This document shows, piece by piece, positions 1-12,724 of a stretch of 64,000 nt of DNA (position 1 is its first letter; every line of letters starts with the position of its first letter). The stretch is from positions 5,766,001-5,830,000 of the forward strand of contig CDRNST010000020.1 in assembly GCA_977016875.1 (NCBI GenBank), given 5' to 3'. The notes under the pieces are model-generated. The model did not search any database. It was not told the origin of the DNA and saw nothing but the letters and a program-made list of their open reading frames with translations. The position numbers and the translations under genes are program-made. This DNA comes from Pavona decussata. Taxonomy: Eukaryota.

Positions 1-343
1 ATACATGTGGGTACTAAATCAGTGAAGCTTGAATCTCTCAGTCGAATGTGAACATAAAAGAGTGTTGGGATGTAGTGAGATATTGGGACTTGGGACAAGA
101 CTTGCGACCAGAAACGGGCCTCAAGTCTGAAAACTGAAAGAAGGCAGAACATCCCCACCAAAATATTCCAAGGAGTAATCCCCTAGCAATTTTTACCAGA
201 AGGAAATTTTGGAATAATTCCAAACTTTTACATTACAAGAAAGCTGCCCTGGCTAATTATTCAGCCTGCTTAACTTTTTTTCTTAGCTTCACCCATTCAT
301 TTACAAAATATATATTTAATACATGTATATAATGTAGACCCAC

Positions 344-847
344 CTTAAGAAGTTTGTCATGGTGTCTGTCAGTTCCCAGTTTCAGCACAGTGCCACCGAA
401 CAAGTTAAACTGAACTGTCATCTTTGTTGCCATAGACCCATCAACCACTGCAGCAAGCTCATGGGCAGCAAATATCCACCGTGGATTGTGACGAAAGTCC
501 AGCACAGAAATGAAACCTTGGTTGCAGAGGTTCTTCAGCCTCTTGAGAGCTAGAGCTCTTTCTTCATCCACAGAAATGTTATATTTCGGTTTCATAAGGG
601 GGTCCTCAGAGAAAATCTTTCGGAATTTCTCCCTCTTCTCATGGTTGTCATGGTCTAGCAGTTTTGTCATGCTAGGTACATCAAATGATGCTGTGGCCCA
701 ATCCTCTCTCAGCTTTTGTGGGTTACTTTTTTGCAAAGCAGCTAATGACCGTGACAAGCTACGGACGGACCCTTGACCATAACCATGGCTCAGCTTCAAG
801 GATCTTCGTAGACACACACGACCAGCACAGTTGAAAATGGCCAACAT
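344..847 (-). CDS. Acyl-CoA oxidase family protein, first coding exon (gene continues beyond left edge)
   Basis: ORF 257..847 has ACOX N-terminal motifs (FDVPSMTKLLDHDNH; AAHELAAVVDGSMATKMTVQFNLFGGTVLKLGTDRHH). Acceptor tttctag (AG at 851-850) lies 2 nt before the ATG. Donor AAG|GTGGGT at 344/343 gives 168 codons, phase 0. Confidence 0.85.
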
Positions 848-1760
848 GACTAGAAAACAGAAAGATGAATGAACTTGGCTTTATAGGCATTATAATACTT
901 TCTTATCTGTGTAGTGTGATTATTTGACCATAAGTATTGAAAGTGACTGTCACCGCTGATTTTTGACAAATCATTCCATACATGTCAACAAGCATCTATG
1001 ATACTCTAAACTAGAACTGTATAATTGCTACTGCTGTGAGAAGTAGTATGACAGCCGGGAATTTTGCTTACAACGTGGTTCTTCATTTTATGGGGACGTG
1101 AAAGTAGGTAAAATCTAGGTCAGTCAAACAACAGTACATGGAGAACAAAGAGCCTAATACTGGCAGACCAAACTTTGTCTAAGCTGTTACAGTACAAAGT
1201 TCATGCTCATATTGGTCAAAAACTGAGAACTTTGCCATTACTGTGTAGTTAAATATACTAGCATTTTGGGCCAATTTCTCTAAAATATTTCCACGACAAG
1301 ACATGGTAGGCAAACAACTCGTTTTAAGGACTTAAATCTACCACCATTCAAGCGTGTACACCAAATGGGTACATGTATACAAGGACGTGGCAGACCGCGG
1401 TGTTCCAGTGGACAAATGAGACTAATTCAAATACCACCTTGATTTGCAGACCTGAAGGCTATTAAAGTTCGCTTATATGTTCCCTTTAGAACGTAGAATA
1501 ATAGTTTTTATAACGCTATATCCGATGTGTTGCGTACTTTACGCTTTAAAGCAGTACCCGAGCTGTCAGTATTGTGGTAAATCAATGTTGTTTCCTCTCC
1601 AAATTCACGTTTATACGTATGCTAACCAGAATCACTATCCTGACAACTGTTAAGCCACCCGTAGTACTTTATAATGTATTAGGTATTTAGTTTTCTAATC
1701 TAGGAAGATATTGAATTAATTTGTAAAGCAAAAGTTGCATATATTTCGGATTTTTCTTAC

Positions 1761-1850
1761 CTTGCGTGAGTCAAGGAGCACAAACACAACTTCACATTAC
1801 TCACTCGCACCAATCTACTCTGTATCTCACGGTCATTGAAATAAACCCGC
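1761..1850 (-). other. Probable non-coding 5' UTR exon of the acyl-CoA oxidase gene
   Basis: Strong donor CAAG|GTAAGA at 1761/1760 can pair with the acceptor at 850. The frame that would join the CDS contains a stop. The 5' boundary is approximate. Confidence 0.5.
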
Positions 1851-1922
1851 AAGGTTTTGTGGGATAATTTTTCTAGAACAACATGGCATGGACCATTGAA
1901 TAGTGGACGGAGGAGTAACCAA

Positions 1923-1949
1923 AATAATAATAATAATAATAATAATAAC

Positions 1950-1991
<42 letters not shown>
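1923..1991. repeat. (AAT)n microsatellite
   Basis: Direct reading; one AAC interruption. Confidence 0.97.
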
Positions 1992-2291
1992 TTAATACAG
2001 GGCTCCTATGAATCAACTCGTGAATGGAAGGATTGCACATCTCGGGATGGAGCGAGAAACTCTGGAAGCGTCTTGAAAAGGGTCTGTTCTCATAGGCTAG
2101 GTGTCCAAATTAATTTAGTTTTGCGCGGTTTATGACTGTGCGGTCTTAGCAAGGGCTACTAAAAATACCAAAAAGAAAAGTACAAAAATGTGATTATTTC
2201 TTGTTCCTAAAGTATTTTAAGTTTTAATTTTAAGGCAATTTTGATGTGAAGTGCTTGTGGATTTTTTAGGAATAGGCGCTATAGAAATAAA

Positions 2292-2293
<2 letters not shown>

Positions 2294-2342
<49 letters not shown>
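2294..2342. repeat. (ATT)n microsatellite, probably the tail of a plus-strand LINE 3' end
   Basis: Pure ATT run preceded by GGCGCTATAGAAATAAA, a LINE-like 3' end. Confidence 0.85.
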
Positions 2343-2343
<1 letters not shown>

Positions 2344-2885
2344 AGTGAGTTCGGGTGAAAAAATTATCTTAGCTGTTTCTGCGTTTCACAGTATTTGCAT
2401 AAGGTGTAAATTGAGCTCAAATATTATAGAATATGTAAATTTTAAAACGTAGCGAATCTACTGAACTGCAGTGTAGCGAAACGACCCGATAAGTCTAGAG
2501 ACACTGAAGTAAAAATTTAACATCAAACAACACTTTAAGCTTGAAAGGGCATGCTTCGGCGGTTACTACTACCATCATCAGTTACAAAATAAAGTACAGA
2601 AATTGATAGATTAATGTAGAAATGTTAATGAAAATGGTCGCAATATTTAAAACACACGTAAGATGAAACTGTGATACATGATAGTTTGCTGAGAATAACC
2701 GTAAAAAAACGGAAAAAAGTAAGTAAGTAGTAGCTTTATTCTTGTGTAAAGAAAAACTTTACCTGAGGGAAACAAAATAAATATCAATATTTTGCTTATA
2801 TTAGTCTATATGTATCACCATTTTATCTTACAATTTAAATACTGTAAACGCTTATTTCCATTTTCACTTTTAGCCAGTGAGGAAG

Positions 2886-3144
2886 TTTAAGGTTTAAGGT
2901 TTTTTATTATTATGCACTATTTGAATGGTTTACAACAAAAGGAAATTACAATATATAAGAAAAGTAATATAAAGACAGCATTAAATAACATAAATGTGAA
3001 AAGTAAAATGTGCGCAGTGACCAAAGGAGCTTAGGCTTTCGAGTTGGTCACTGCCACGTGCAACTAACTGGCGTATAACGTGCAACTTAATAGAGCAAAA
3101 ATGAAGAATAATAAAAGTGCAATAATAGAAACATACTACAATTT
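2886..3144 (-). repeat. ~260-bp interspersed repeat, copy 1 (LINE 3'-end/SINE-like)
   Basis: Near-identical to 14964..15225. Internal stem GCAGTGACCAA...TTGGTCACTGC; (AAACCTT)n tail on the minus strand. Confidence 0.85.
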
Positions 3145-4011
3145 GTACTGCTTGTAGAAGCTATTATATGTATATCCTTATTAAAAAAACATTGCCAGTA
3201 GTCATCTTTATCAACGCTCGAGAGCAAATCCGAAGGGCTAACGCTCAAAACGTCAGCACTGTCAAATCTGTTAACGGTTGCGAAATTACTTTTTAGCTAT
3301 AATTATCAACTCCGTTAAGAAAACCAACACACGTTTCCGTGAAAGAAAACTGTTTGTGAATTAACCTGTCATCGTAACTTATTTCTTTATAAAAAACGGC
3401 CTTGTGCGGTATTTACTCCCAGCTTTTTTTTTTCTTTGAATCCCCGAAGAAAATTCGTTTCTCAAATCAAAAAATTAAACTGACAATTCAACATGTGAAT
3501 TGGGGATGAGTCGGTCGTCTCAGTTCCGATAATATATGAAAATTAGTGTCGAAACGTAGTATACAGCTGGGTAAAAATGAGCAAAAGGATATTGATATTA
3601 ACTGTGCATGTTTTAGATTGGAATTTTGAATTATACGATTGACTTCAGTGTGACTTTGATTCAGACAAAATGAAAACAAGAGCGCGAGAGCTAAGAAGTA
3701 GAACCCTCTGTCGTCGGTGTTGTTTATTTGTTCTTCTCTGAAGAATAATCATTGATGCATTAATTCACGGTAAATGTGAACACTATTGTTGTGCTAATAC
3801 ATGTCTAACGAGTATCTAAATGTAAATGAGTGACGAGATCGAGCGTAGCCGACTGTCTGAACGAGAGAAGGAGAAAGTCGGGAGAAGAGAAGCGTTGAAG
3901 ACGGTAAAACTGGCCCGTTAGTTCTTGCAATGCTGGTTAAATTTGGCTTCTGGCTCTTGCTCTCACATTGTCGACTCTTTTAATCATCTGGGGGAGTGGT
4001 ATGGTGAGTCA

Positions 4012-4510
4012 ATGACTGTCTTAAAAGAAGATGAACGCTCATACCGACTGGGCGACCTGTCAAAGGGAGGCAAGACGGAGAACTTTTCCACGCTCCTCGC
4101 GTTCGCAGTGTTTGGCTTTGTCCTCTATACCACCTATTCCGTAATATTATCGGCCGCGCAAGATGCCCTGAGTGGGACCTTTATTCCTACCTCAGTTATA
4201 ATTATCATAATATATGTCCTGTTTTTGTCGTGTGCGTTGTTTCTTCCCTACGTTGCCGAGAGAATTCCACAGTCTGCGCTCATGTTTGTCGCAGTGATTA
4301 CCATGATAGCTGGCATGTTGCTATTCGCGGCAGCATCTATCGTCGACCTTGTCTTCGTTCGACTGGCTGGAGTCTTTGTGGCATCCTTAGGAGAAGCACT
4401 GGCTGAAGTAGGCAATGTGTCATTTAGTGCGCTTTATGGCGACGAAGTAATGGCTTGGTTTTCCTTTGGAACGGGACTGGGAGTTTTCTTCGGCCCTTTA
4501 TATTTTACAG
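4012..4510 (+). CDS. CLN3/battenin-like multi-pass membrane protein, exon 1
   Basis: ATG at 4012; hydrophobic helices; CLN3-like motifs ILSAAQDAL, LAGVFVASLGEALAE, WFSFGTGLG; donor ACAG|GTAAGT at 4510, phase 1. Confidence 0.82.
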
Positions 4511-5681
4511 GTAAGTGCTCTCCAGAAAATTAACTGATTGCATACTATGTACGACTTCTAAAACCACAGAACCCCTTTCGCGCTTATTTACGCAACGTGA
4601 ACAGTTGAGTAAAAAACAGCAATTTATTGGATAAATAATAAAATTACATGGAAAGACTTGAGGACCGGCGGGTCTAAAACGCAGGTCGCAGGTACCTTTT
4701 AACTTCAGGATGCATTGAATATACATGTTCATGTGTCCTCTGATCAGAGACAAAATTATTTCGTAGCGAAAGGGAACTGAACACCGACTTTCTTTCTTGA
4801 AAGATTATTCAGCTTAACTGCACAATAACCTGCCACTTTATATTTGCATCTCATTGAATGAGAATAGGATGACTAGGATGCATTGTTATCTGCCTCATTC
4901 TTTGAAGGGTGCCGAAAATGATTGTGCGGTTAAGTCCCTTATTGGAAGACGTAAGTTCGTTAACACCTGACAAAGACTAAATATAGATTTGCTGGTATAA
5001 CTTCCGCGATGAAGGCCTGTTTTGTAAGGACGTATATTGCTCATTTTTAACCGGTGAATGCGCGCATACGCAGTGAACGAGTTATCGTAATGTGAGGTGA
5101 ATTCAAACGCGCGTCCAACGTTGGCCAATCTGAGAACGATGGTGTTTTGTTAGTTTTCTCTAAAATAAAAAAAAGACAGGCTCTCGAATTGTTACACTTC
5201 GGAAAAAAAGTAGGTCGCACTTGCTTTAGCCAACTTTAGATTCGTTTATTAAAATCTATTAAAAAGCTACAGCATTACCCAAAGTGCGACCCAAGCCCTT
5301 TTTGAACTCAATTAGCATTTTGGAAAGCGTCCCAGGTGAATAACGTCGATGATTTTGTCTGGAATGGTTGTATACGAATAATTTCGATGATTTTGTTTCG
5401 AAGGACTAGATCCAACACTGAGTAATTTAAAAGTGTTCCTTTTATAGTTGGTAGGCCACCTGAGATGATTCAAGTCCACAGATTCCACTCCTCATGCAAA
5501 CTCCAACAAACATTTTTTAAAAGCGTTTCTTGTGAACAACGGAGCTAAAAAGGATATGCACGTCTTTCAAATTTAGCCGTGGGAGGGGATGCTTAGTCCA
5601 GGGAGGGGATGGTAGGAGAGGGCTTATTCGAGGATTTAAACGGTACTGCGTTCTCGTTTCCAGTAAAGAATTAACGACCTG

Positions 5682-5911
5682 GGCCAAGTTGTTCGAAAGC
5701 CGATTAACGCTGATCCCCGATTACAAATTAACCGAGGTTCTCATTTCGGACGTTAAAAATGTTTTACAAAGCTAATTTTAAGCTAATGGCGAAGAAAAGG
5801 ATTAGTCAAAACTGAAGGACAAAAACCTTTTCGAAAAATCTTCAATGATTAGTCTTTGAAATGGAATAAAAGTTCACGTTAACCCAGAATCGAGCTTTGA
5901 ACAACTGGGGC
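5682..5911. mobile_element. MITE (PIF/Harbinger-like) in the CLN3-like intron
   Basis: Imperfect TIRs GGCCAAGTTGTTCGAAAG / CTTTGAACAACTGGGGC with CTG on both flanks. Confidence 0.6.
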
Positions 5912-6951
5912 CTGGTGACTTAGACAAAATGTACCAGCGTAAAACCATCCACTTTTATCTTTTATTTTAAATGGTTGTTTAACTGGTACTGACTCTCGGT
6001 GCTCTATACAGTAACATCTGTATGTTAAACAAGTTAAACTTTACTAGAATCTCACGAGAATGATAATGATCGATAAGGATAAAGACGATGATTATGTGGG
6101 TGATTGAGAAGAAAATGACCGTCCTTGGCCAACACTTACAACACAAAGCCGTATACGTGCACCTCAGAGGTTTTTCCATTTTAAGAAAGATGTTTTGATT
6201 TTGGTTTCCAACAGATACACTCACGCACACACACAAAAGACTAAAACAAGCAAATGCCAAAATGCGAGCGTAATTCTCAATGATTTAAGCTCACTAGAAT
6301 GCTACTGAAGGGTACTAGGGAAGTGTCAGTGTAATGCACGTTAACTTCAATCTCATGAGCATGATGAAAAGTAACATAAGTCCTTTCGATGTTCAGATTT
6401 CCGGTTGGAGGAGGGGAGGGGAGGGTGTAGTGTTACACATTAAAATTGCATACTGAGCAACTCCTTCCGTGGACTTAACCCCCGCCCTCGTTCCTTGCAT
6501 GGGAACAAGGCTGCTCAATCACTTGCCCCTTCAAATATCAAACACGACCAAAACGGTACCCCTTTTCTTGTACTGATAATAGCAGAAACTGTTACGCTTT
6601 CTTTTCCCTTTAAGAAAAACGGAAAAGCGTTTTTTTTCCAATGGCAATGGTGATATTTGCGCCTTGTAATTTCTGCTTAGTATTTTCTTGCCTTTTCTAA
6701 TACTTTCACGTTATCGCTGCCCTGTCGATCCACGGTCCATCATTTTGCGACCCAGAATTGTAAATTTTGGTACCCTCTGGTATCCTAAGATTATGAAAAA
6801 GATACTCCCTTAGGGCGGACCCTTTTCTTTTCTTTTTTTTACAAACATGGATAGTAACTCCGGTTTCAAAGCCAACTCTCAACCAATCAGACAAAAGAAC
6901 ACACAATTCAATTCATTCAACATATAAATTAATACCTTCTGTTTGACACAG

Positions 6952-7733
6952 GGATGACGACCTTACTTTGCATTTCTCCCGGAATCACCACCCTGATCAT
7001 TTCTGCATTGCCGCTGGTGTATTTACTAATGTTCTTCCTCATGGACAAAAGACATTACTCCCAAGCGTTAGAAGAATCCTTGGAAGAACCAATCGACTGC
7101 AATAGACATCGATTGAGCCGCAACGAGAAACTTGCACTGATGAAGCAAGATAGTCAAAAGGTGTTGACGTATGCCTTGGGCTTGTTCGCTGGATATTTAA
7201 CCCTAAGCAGTATAGTTACCACCCTGGCATTTAAAAACTCTCCTTTTGGCCCACGTGACCACTACGTGTTTTATGTTTTATGTTTCGCCACAGGGGAATC
7301 CATTGGTCGATCATACATCAGCTGTTTCTCAGCGTGCAAATCTAATTTCTTCCCTATTGTCAAGCAAACGTGGATCTTAACCTCGCTGGCGATCATGCTG
7401 GGTATTTTTTTGGGTTTCGCGGCCTGGTATCGTTTCCTTCCAAGTGTTTTCATCGTTTTCGCACTGGTTTTCGCCACTGGTATGTGTGTTGGGATGCTTT
7501 ATATCAACACGATTCTAACAGCGGCAGAAGAACAAGATTTTCAGAGCAAGGTTTTTTCTCGTGGCTTTTCGTTAATCGGAGTGGGTCTTGGCGGTTTGTT
7601 GGGTACTTTCCTCGGCTTAATTGTGGAGCCAGTTTTCAGAGAGAATTGTGTTGCAACGACAGTCTTGAGTGACTTCTGTTTTACAAGGTCGATGACTCGA
7701 TGGAACTCTACCCTATCTTGTCTGACACACTAA
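6952..7733 (+). CDS. CLN3/battenin-like protein, exon 2
   Basis: Acceptor CAG at 6949-6951 restores the frame (G+GG = Gly). Spliced CDS is 499+782 = 1281 nt, 426 aa. Motifs RDHYVFY, GESIGRS, GMLYINT resemble the CLN3 C-terminal half. Confidence 0.82.
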
Positions 7734-8418
7734 GCACAGATTAATACTGTTAGCCTCATTGGTAGTTAGATAGTTTCAACTGTTCGCCATCTTTCCATCC
7801 TGTACCTAAAGAGTCGAGACATCAACATCAACGTCACTACTAAATGACAGGGACAACGGTATTAACTATTTTGAATTAAATTCTGGTAACCATATAATGG
7901 CAGAGATCGTCGGAAATGTCGTGGACGTTTTTGCCTTAGCAATACCGAACGTTTTCGGAAGTTCCCCCTCCCACGTTTTCCCACAGGCACGAGCACTTTT
8001 CATAGAATGAGCGGAACAACGCAGTGGAAATCCTCAAAAATAGTCAGTTCCCTAAATTTGTCTGCCACTTCCATATTTAGCTACACAAAACAGAGCATTG
8101 TACCTAGGAAACACCTGCGGACTTCCCTGAACCACCCTTTGTTGATGATTCATTTCGTTATCAAGTAACCGTATGCAGATGTCAATATTATGTAAAATAC
8201 CCTTTTGAATGTGTTACCATAAAAATGTCAGTTTTAAAGACAAACAGTTTGAAGTCCCGTCAGCGTTATATGCTGACGTTATATGTCCTTTCAATTCCAG
8301 CAAAATGCTATAGTATAGGTGGATTGTATTTTCGCCATGTTGGTGCCAAAACAAAAGAAAACTTACTCACATAGTTTGCATAAAAATGGAAGTTAACTCC
8401 TACAGGAGAAAAGTCTAA

Positions 8419-9151
8419 AGCCTGGTTCTCATATGCAGCCGACCTACCTGCGATAACCTGCGTTGTAGTCGCCGGTTGACGTGATTTTTCGACCCAGGTA
8501 CATCGTAGTGGTTGCGCAGATGTACCTAGGACGTGCCCCCGGCGAATTTAAAAAAGCGCGCTTAAACGGTATCATTTGGCGCTCTTTTTAACATTCCTTC
8601 AATAAACATGGATAGAACCCTGCTAATTCGTTGCCAGTCTAGTTTTCGCTAGTTTTGTTGCTTGTAAGGAGATACCTACGAAGAAAGCGTGAAGAAAAAC
8701 GAGAAAAACGGAAGCGGAAGTTTTAGGTTCGCCCTATGCTTCGAGAAAGGAGCCAGCACGGAAAGTATCATACTTTGTTTGCTGTGTTGAGGCTACACGA
8801 CATGTTTCTTCAGGTGAACAGAATGGTTAATTTGTCTTCTCGAGTTTATCTTCTTGTTTGGTAGATGATTTTTATCTTGGACGTAATGTATTGTGGGCTA
8901 TATTTGCCTCTGGGACATCGCCGACGAGCGCCGGTTCTGTTCACATAAAACGTTTTTTTCGCCGGGGTTCCGGAAGAACCGCCGACCTGCCTGCGAAGTT
9001 GAACTCAAGTCAACTTCGCAGGCTTGCCGGCGGCAAAGGCCTGCGATGGTTGTTGCTGCCGACGGCGTATGTTCTCATATGTCGGAACAGTACCCCAGGC
9101 AGTACCGGTGGCTGTGTCGCAGGTAGTTCGGCGGCATATGAGAACCAGGCT
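8419..9151 (+). mobile_element. Non-autonomous PIF/Harbinger element
   Basis: Long TIRs AGCCTGGTTCTCATATGC.GCCGA.CTACCTGCGA with TAA/TTA flanks. Carries an internal relic of a Harbinger transposase N-terminus (KRKF*VRPMLRERSQHGKYHTLF). Nested in a short repeat (~8315..9206) with GCCATGTTGGTG/CACCAACATGGC motifs. Confidence 0.85.
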
Positions 9152-9646
9152 TTATAGTGTATATCCACCAACATGGCCGCCATGACGTCACATGTAAGTA
9201 ACCTATTAGAAAGTACGGTGATGACACTTCACTGTACTTTCTAGTGATATGTAACAAGGTATGAAAATTCATTAAATCTGGTCAGAAATAGAGTCAAAAT
9301 GTAAATAACCCGTTGAAAACCCCTCCCCCTCATCCCTCAGTAAAAGGTGCACCCCATCCGGGATAGTCATTTGATGGCATTTGCTAATCTAGCTGAAAGA
9401 TAAGCTTGAACAGGAGCAATATTTGCGTTTCTGAAATGCTAAAAGAAAATAATAATTTGGACACTTCCCCTTCTTCCCTTTCTGTCTTTTTCCTTTTATT
9501 TGACGTTGAATAAAGAAAAAAATATTTTAGACAGGGAACTGTGCGCGCCCTATCTAAACCATCCCTCTTTAGGGCCTTACATTCCAGTACAGCATATGTA
9601 AAAGAGTACCTCTGGTTCTATTGCTTCCTGTTTACTTAACTAAAGC

Positions 9647-10457
9647 CAGGCCCGTAGCAGGGGCAGGGGCAGGGGGGGTTTGAGCCCCCCCAGAATTTTT
9701 CGAAGTTGAAAAAACAATGTGCTAAAAATATATATAATGAAAACAAATAATAAATGTGCACTGATCAATCAGTCTTAAACTCTGATGCTGAAAGTGCCTT
9801 TTCACAACCTTCAATAATCTGTTTACTACAGTACCTGTCAGTTTCCTTCGCTAACAGTTTGTTTTTATATACAACAGCAACAAAGGCACTCCTACGGTAC
9901 CTTGAGAATCGGAAACAAGAACCAAAATGGATCGAAATCAACCAATTTCAAGCCGTGGAAGCTGTTGAAATAAACTACTTGTTTTCTGACATCCGCTCAT
10001 CATCATAGGTAGCAATATAAATGCCCTTAGTTTACAACAATTTAGTGTTCATGCGTTGTCAAAAACCACATAAGTATGTCCTCTCAAGAGCCAGAGAAAT
10101 AAATTATCCTGCAGTTGGACTCTTACTGCCTGATTCCAAATTTAAAATGTGAAAGAAAAATCTGTCGTCGTTTGTTTATATCCTCCTGCGAACGTGAAAT
10201 TAGGAAATTTCACGTGGTATCCCTCGTAAAAGAAACGGCAAAGAACTGTACCAAAAAGTGTGATGCAGTAGCAAAGTTATTGTTTTACTTACTAAATCTA
10301 CTACTTTTTTGATGTTGTCGTTGCATGTTAAACTGCCTAATCGGTCTGTTTTTTGAGTGACGGGCCGGGGTGGGGGGGGGGGGGGGAGGGGAGAGTAGTT
10401 TTGTTTAACGATTTTTTGCTCGGCCCCTCCAGTTGTTTTAGCCTTGCTACGGGCCTG
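9647..10457. mobile_element. Non-autonomous hAT-like element with 5-bp TSD
   Basis: TIR CAGGCCCGTAGCA / TGCTACGGGCCTG flanked by AAAGC on both sides. Confidence 0.75.
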
Positions 10458-10980
10458 AAAGCTGATAAGTCTACAGGTACGCGCAGAAGGTCAATTAGAC
10501 GCAAAGGATCATCTTGATAGACGAGTGATGTTTTACTATTTGGATAATAAATCTGAAAATTGTAGGTAGGAATCAAATGCATGGATCAAAATGTTTTCAT
10601 AAATTCCATGTGGAACAGTGTTACCTCGAGATGTACTCCTCTTTTCCTATAAGAAGTGGAATATTGACTCATATCTCTTAATATTTGTCGTTTCTCCCAT
10701 TTTCAGTCTCTTATCAAGGACTCCACGAAAGTTTTGAAGTATTGAAAAGTAAAAGTGCTTGTTCCTTCAGATGCTCTGTTGGTTTGAAAAAAGAAAAAAA
10801 GAAAGGAAAGAAAAACGTAACATTATTGACCGGTTTCTTTTGCAATAGTAAATACTCAAAACTCGTCCCAAATAACCTTATTAGTTGGCAGTCGCCATAT
10901 AAGGTGATCAGCTGGTTCTAGTCATACCCTTTGACGTCATCGTGATTTTTCGTCTTGATTGTTAGTCACTCCGTACCTTT

Positions 10981-11271
10981 GATCTTGGACAGAATAAAAA
11001 AAGAAATTAACCCCCTCCCCCAAATCAATGATGAATTCACGCGCAAAGCAAAACGCGCCATTTTTCCATAATTGAAATTGGGGAACGGGTGGTCTTAATT
11101 TTTCATTTGATTTGTCCAAGATTGAATCTTGGACTGAATAATAAGATAATTAAACCCCCCTCCCCTCAAAATCAATTATGAATTCGCGCGCAAAGCTAAA
11201 TGCGCCATTTTTCCATCATTGAAACGTGGGGAGGGGTGGTCTTAATTTTTCATTTGATTTGTACAAGATTG
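10981..11271. repeat. Two tandem copies of a ~145-bp MITE-like unit
   Basis: Units 10981..11124 and 11125..11271 are clearly similar; each is bounded by ATCTTGGAC ... GT(C/A)CAAGAT. Confidence 0.8.
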
Positions 11272-11489
11272 TAGCCTGTTCCAGGCGTTCAGAGAGTGTG
11301 GAACGGCGCTAACTAAATTGCTAAGCGTGCGAATAATAAAGGCGAGCAGTGGAAAAAGCCCCAGAAGAACTGGGGAGAGGGGCGCAAGTTCTTTCGTAAT
11401 CTCTCCCCATTCTCCTCTCTTTTATTACACGCTCGCATCGCAATTATATTTTGTACCGCTCCCGCTTCCTGAACGCCTGGAACAGGCCA
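11272..11489. mobile_element. MITE with TAG-type terminus (Academ-like)
   Basis: TIRs TAGCCTGTTCCAGGCGTTCAG / CTGAACGCCTGGAACAGGCCA. Confidence 0.75.
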
Positions 11490-12724
11490 CCCCGTACTGA
11501 GGCACTAGGACAAGCCGGTTCTAAACACGATGCTTCGAGCCGTTGTGATATACAGTTGACGAGTTTAAGCCAGTATCTGTCGTTGTTTTTACAATTGATC
11601 GCTGTTTCGTGAATGTTAAATTTCGCCAAAGCATATAGCACAGAAGCGGACTTTTAAAAATAGTTTCAAATCCAAAAAAAGTGCAAGAATGGTCATTGAC
11701 ACCAAAACCATGGTCAGTTCACGACGTCTTTAAGATGTAGTCAGAAATATCTCGGTTTCCATTAGTTGTTCCTAGAATGGATACTCCAAAACAAGGCTGG
11801 ATACCACATGATGTTTACACTTTTGAGTATCTTTAATTGTCACATTCCTAACGCATACTCCGAGAACAAAAGCCCATTTGTTACCTGGTTGGCAGAGAAC
11901 TGAGAGAATAGAGCTCCATTTAGGCAGGGAACCGTGTTTTGGGGGTGAAGCACTATTTAGGCCTAAGCACTTATTTCAAAACGATTAGCTGTCAACCATC
12001 TGAAATAAAATTAAAATTACCAGTTTCGTCAGTTACCCCATCGTTAGCTTAGCGGATAGGAATCAAGACGCAAACTATTTTGATTTTAACTTGTTTAAAA
12101 CTGTTTAGGTGTCCAACCTTGTTTTGGAGTATTTATTTTCATAACAGCCGTTTTCCATTGGTAACGAAGAGAGTCAAGAAACGCGCAAGAAAGTCACTGA
12201 ATATAAAGCGGTGCAGTCATGAGTCTGACTGGTCGACGTATCGACTGAACCGTTTCAACCGCTATATCGATGAGATATACTAGTGTCGAAATCTCGCTGT
12301 TTAGCGGCTCTTTACGTCTCAATTCTCCACGTCACGGTGACAGTTTTTAAACGTCTGGTAACAAAGTTTACAGTGATTTGGATGCAATTACTGTATTACC
12401 GGCCATAAAAAATTGCAGTGGTGGCTGGTGGTTGTAATCGAAAAGTGGACGATTACGATTAGGTGTCGTCGTTTTTTGGACGTACGTTTCAGAAGGGTGA
12501 TAGGACAAGAAGAAGTTTACCCGTTACTTACTACTTACTAAAAAAAGACAGGCACATAACAGTTTGACAACTCTGATAAAGGTATGGCTATTCAATATTT
12601 TTAAAAGTTATGATTTAATTTTATGATAAAAGATCAAGTTATACTTATGATCATTTAGGCGCAAAGGACAAAGTTTCGAAAACAGAGAGACTTTGCATAT
12701 GAATATCTGTGGCTAATACCAAGA

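Noticed and set aside
1757-2135. Poly-Asn / poly-Leu ORFs (also poly-Ile ORFs near 24.5-24.8 kb and 26.0-26.2 kb)
   Set aside because: They are translations of (AAT)n microsatellites.
3228-3330. Penelope-type hammerhead ribozyme (similar partial motifs near 12265-12290 and 24745-24770)
   Set aside because: Stem II and GAAA-like parts are visible, but the CUGANGA core is missing or mutated; at most these are dead relics.
3925-4011. N-terminal extension of the CLN3-like ORF
   Set aside because: It starts at TTG; the first in-frame ATG is at 4012 and gives a CLN3-sized protein.
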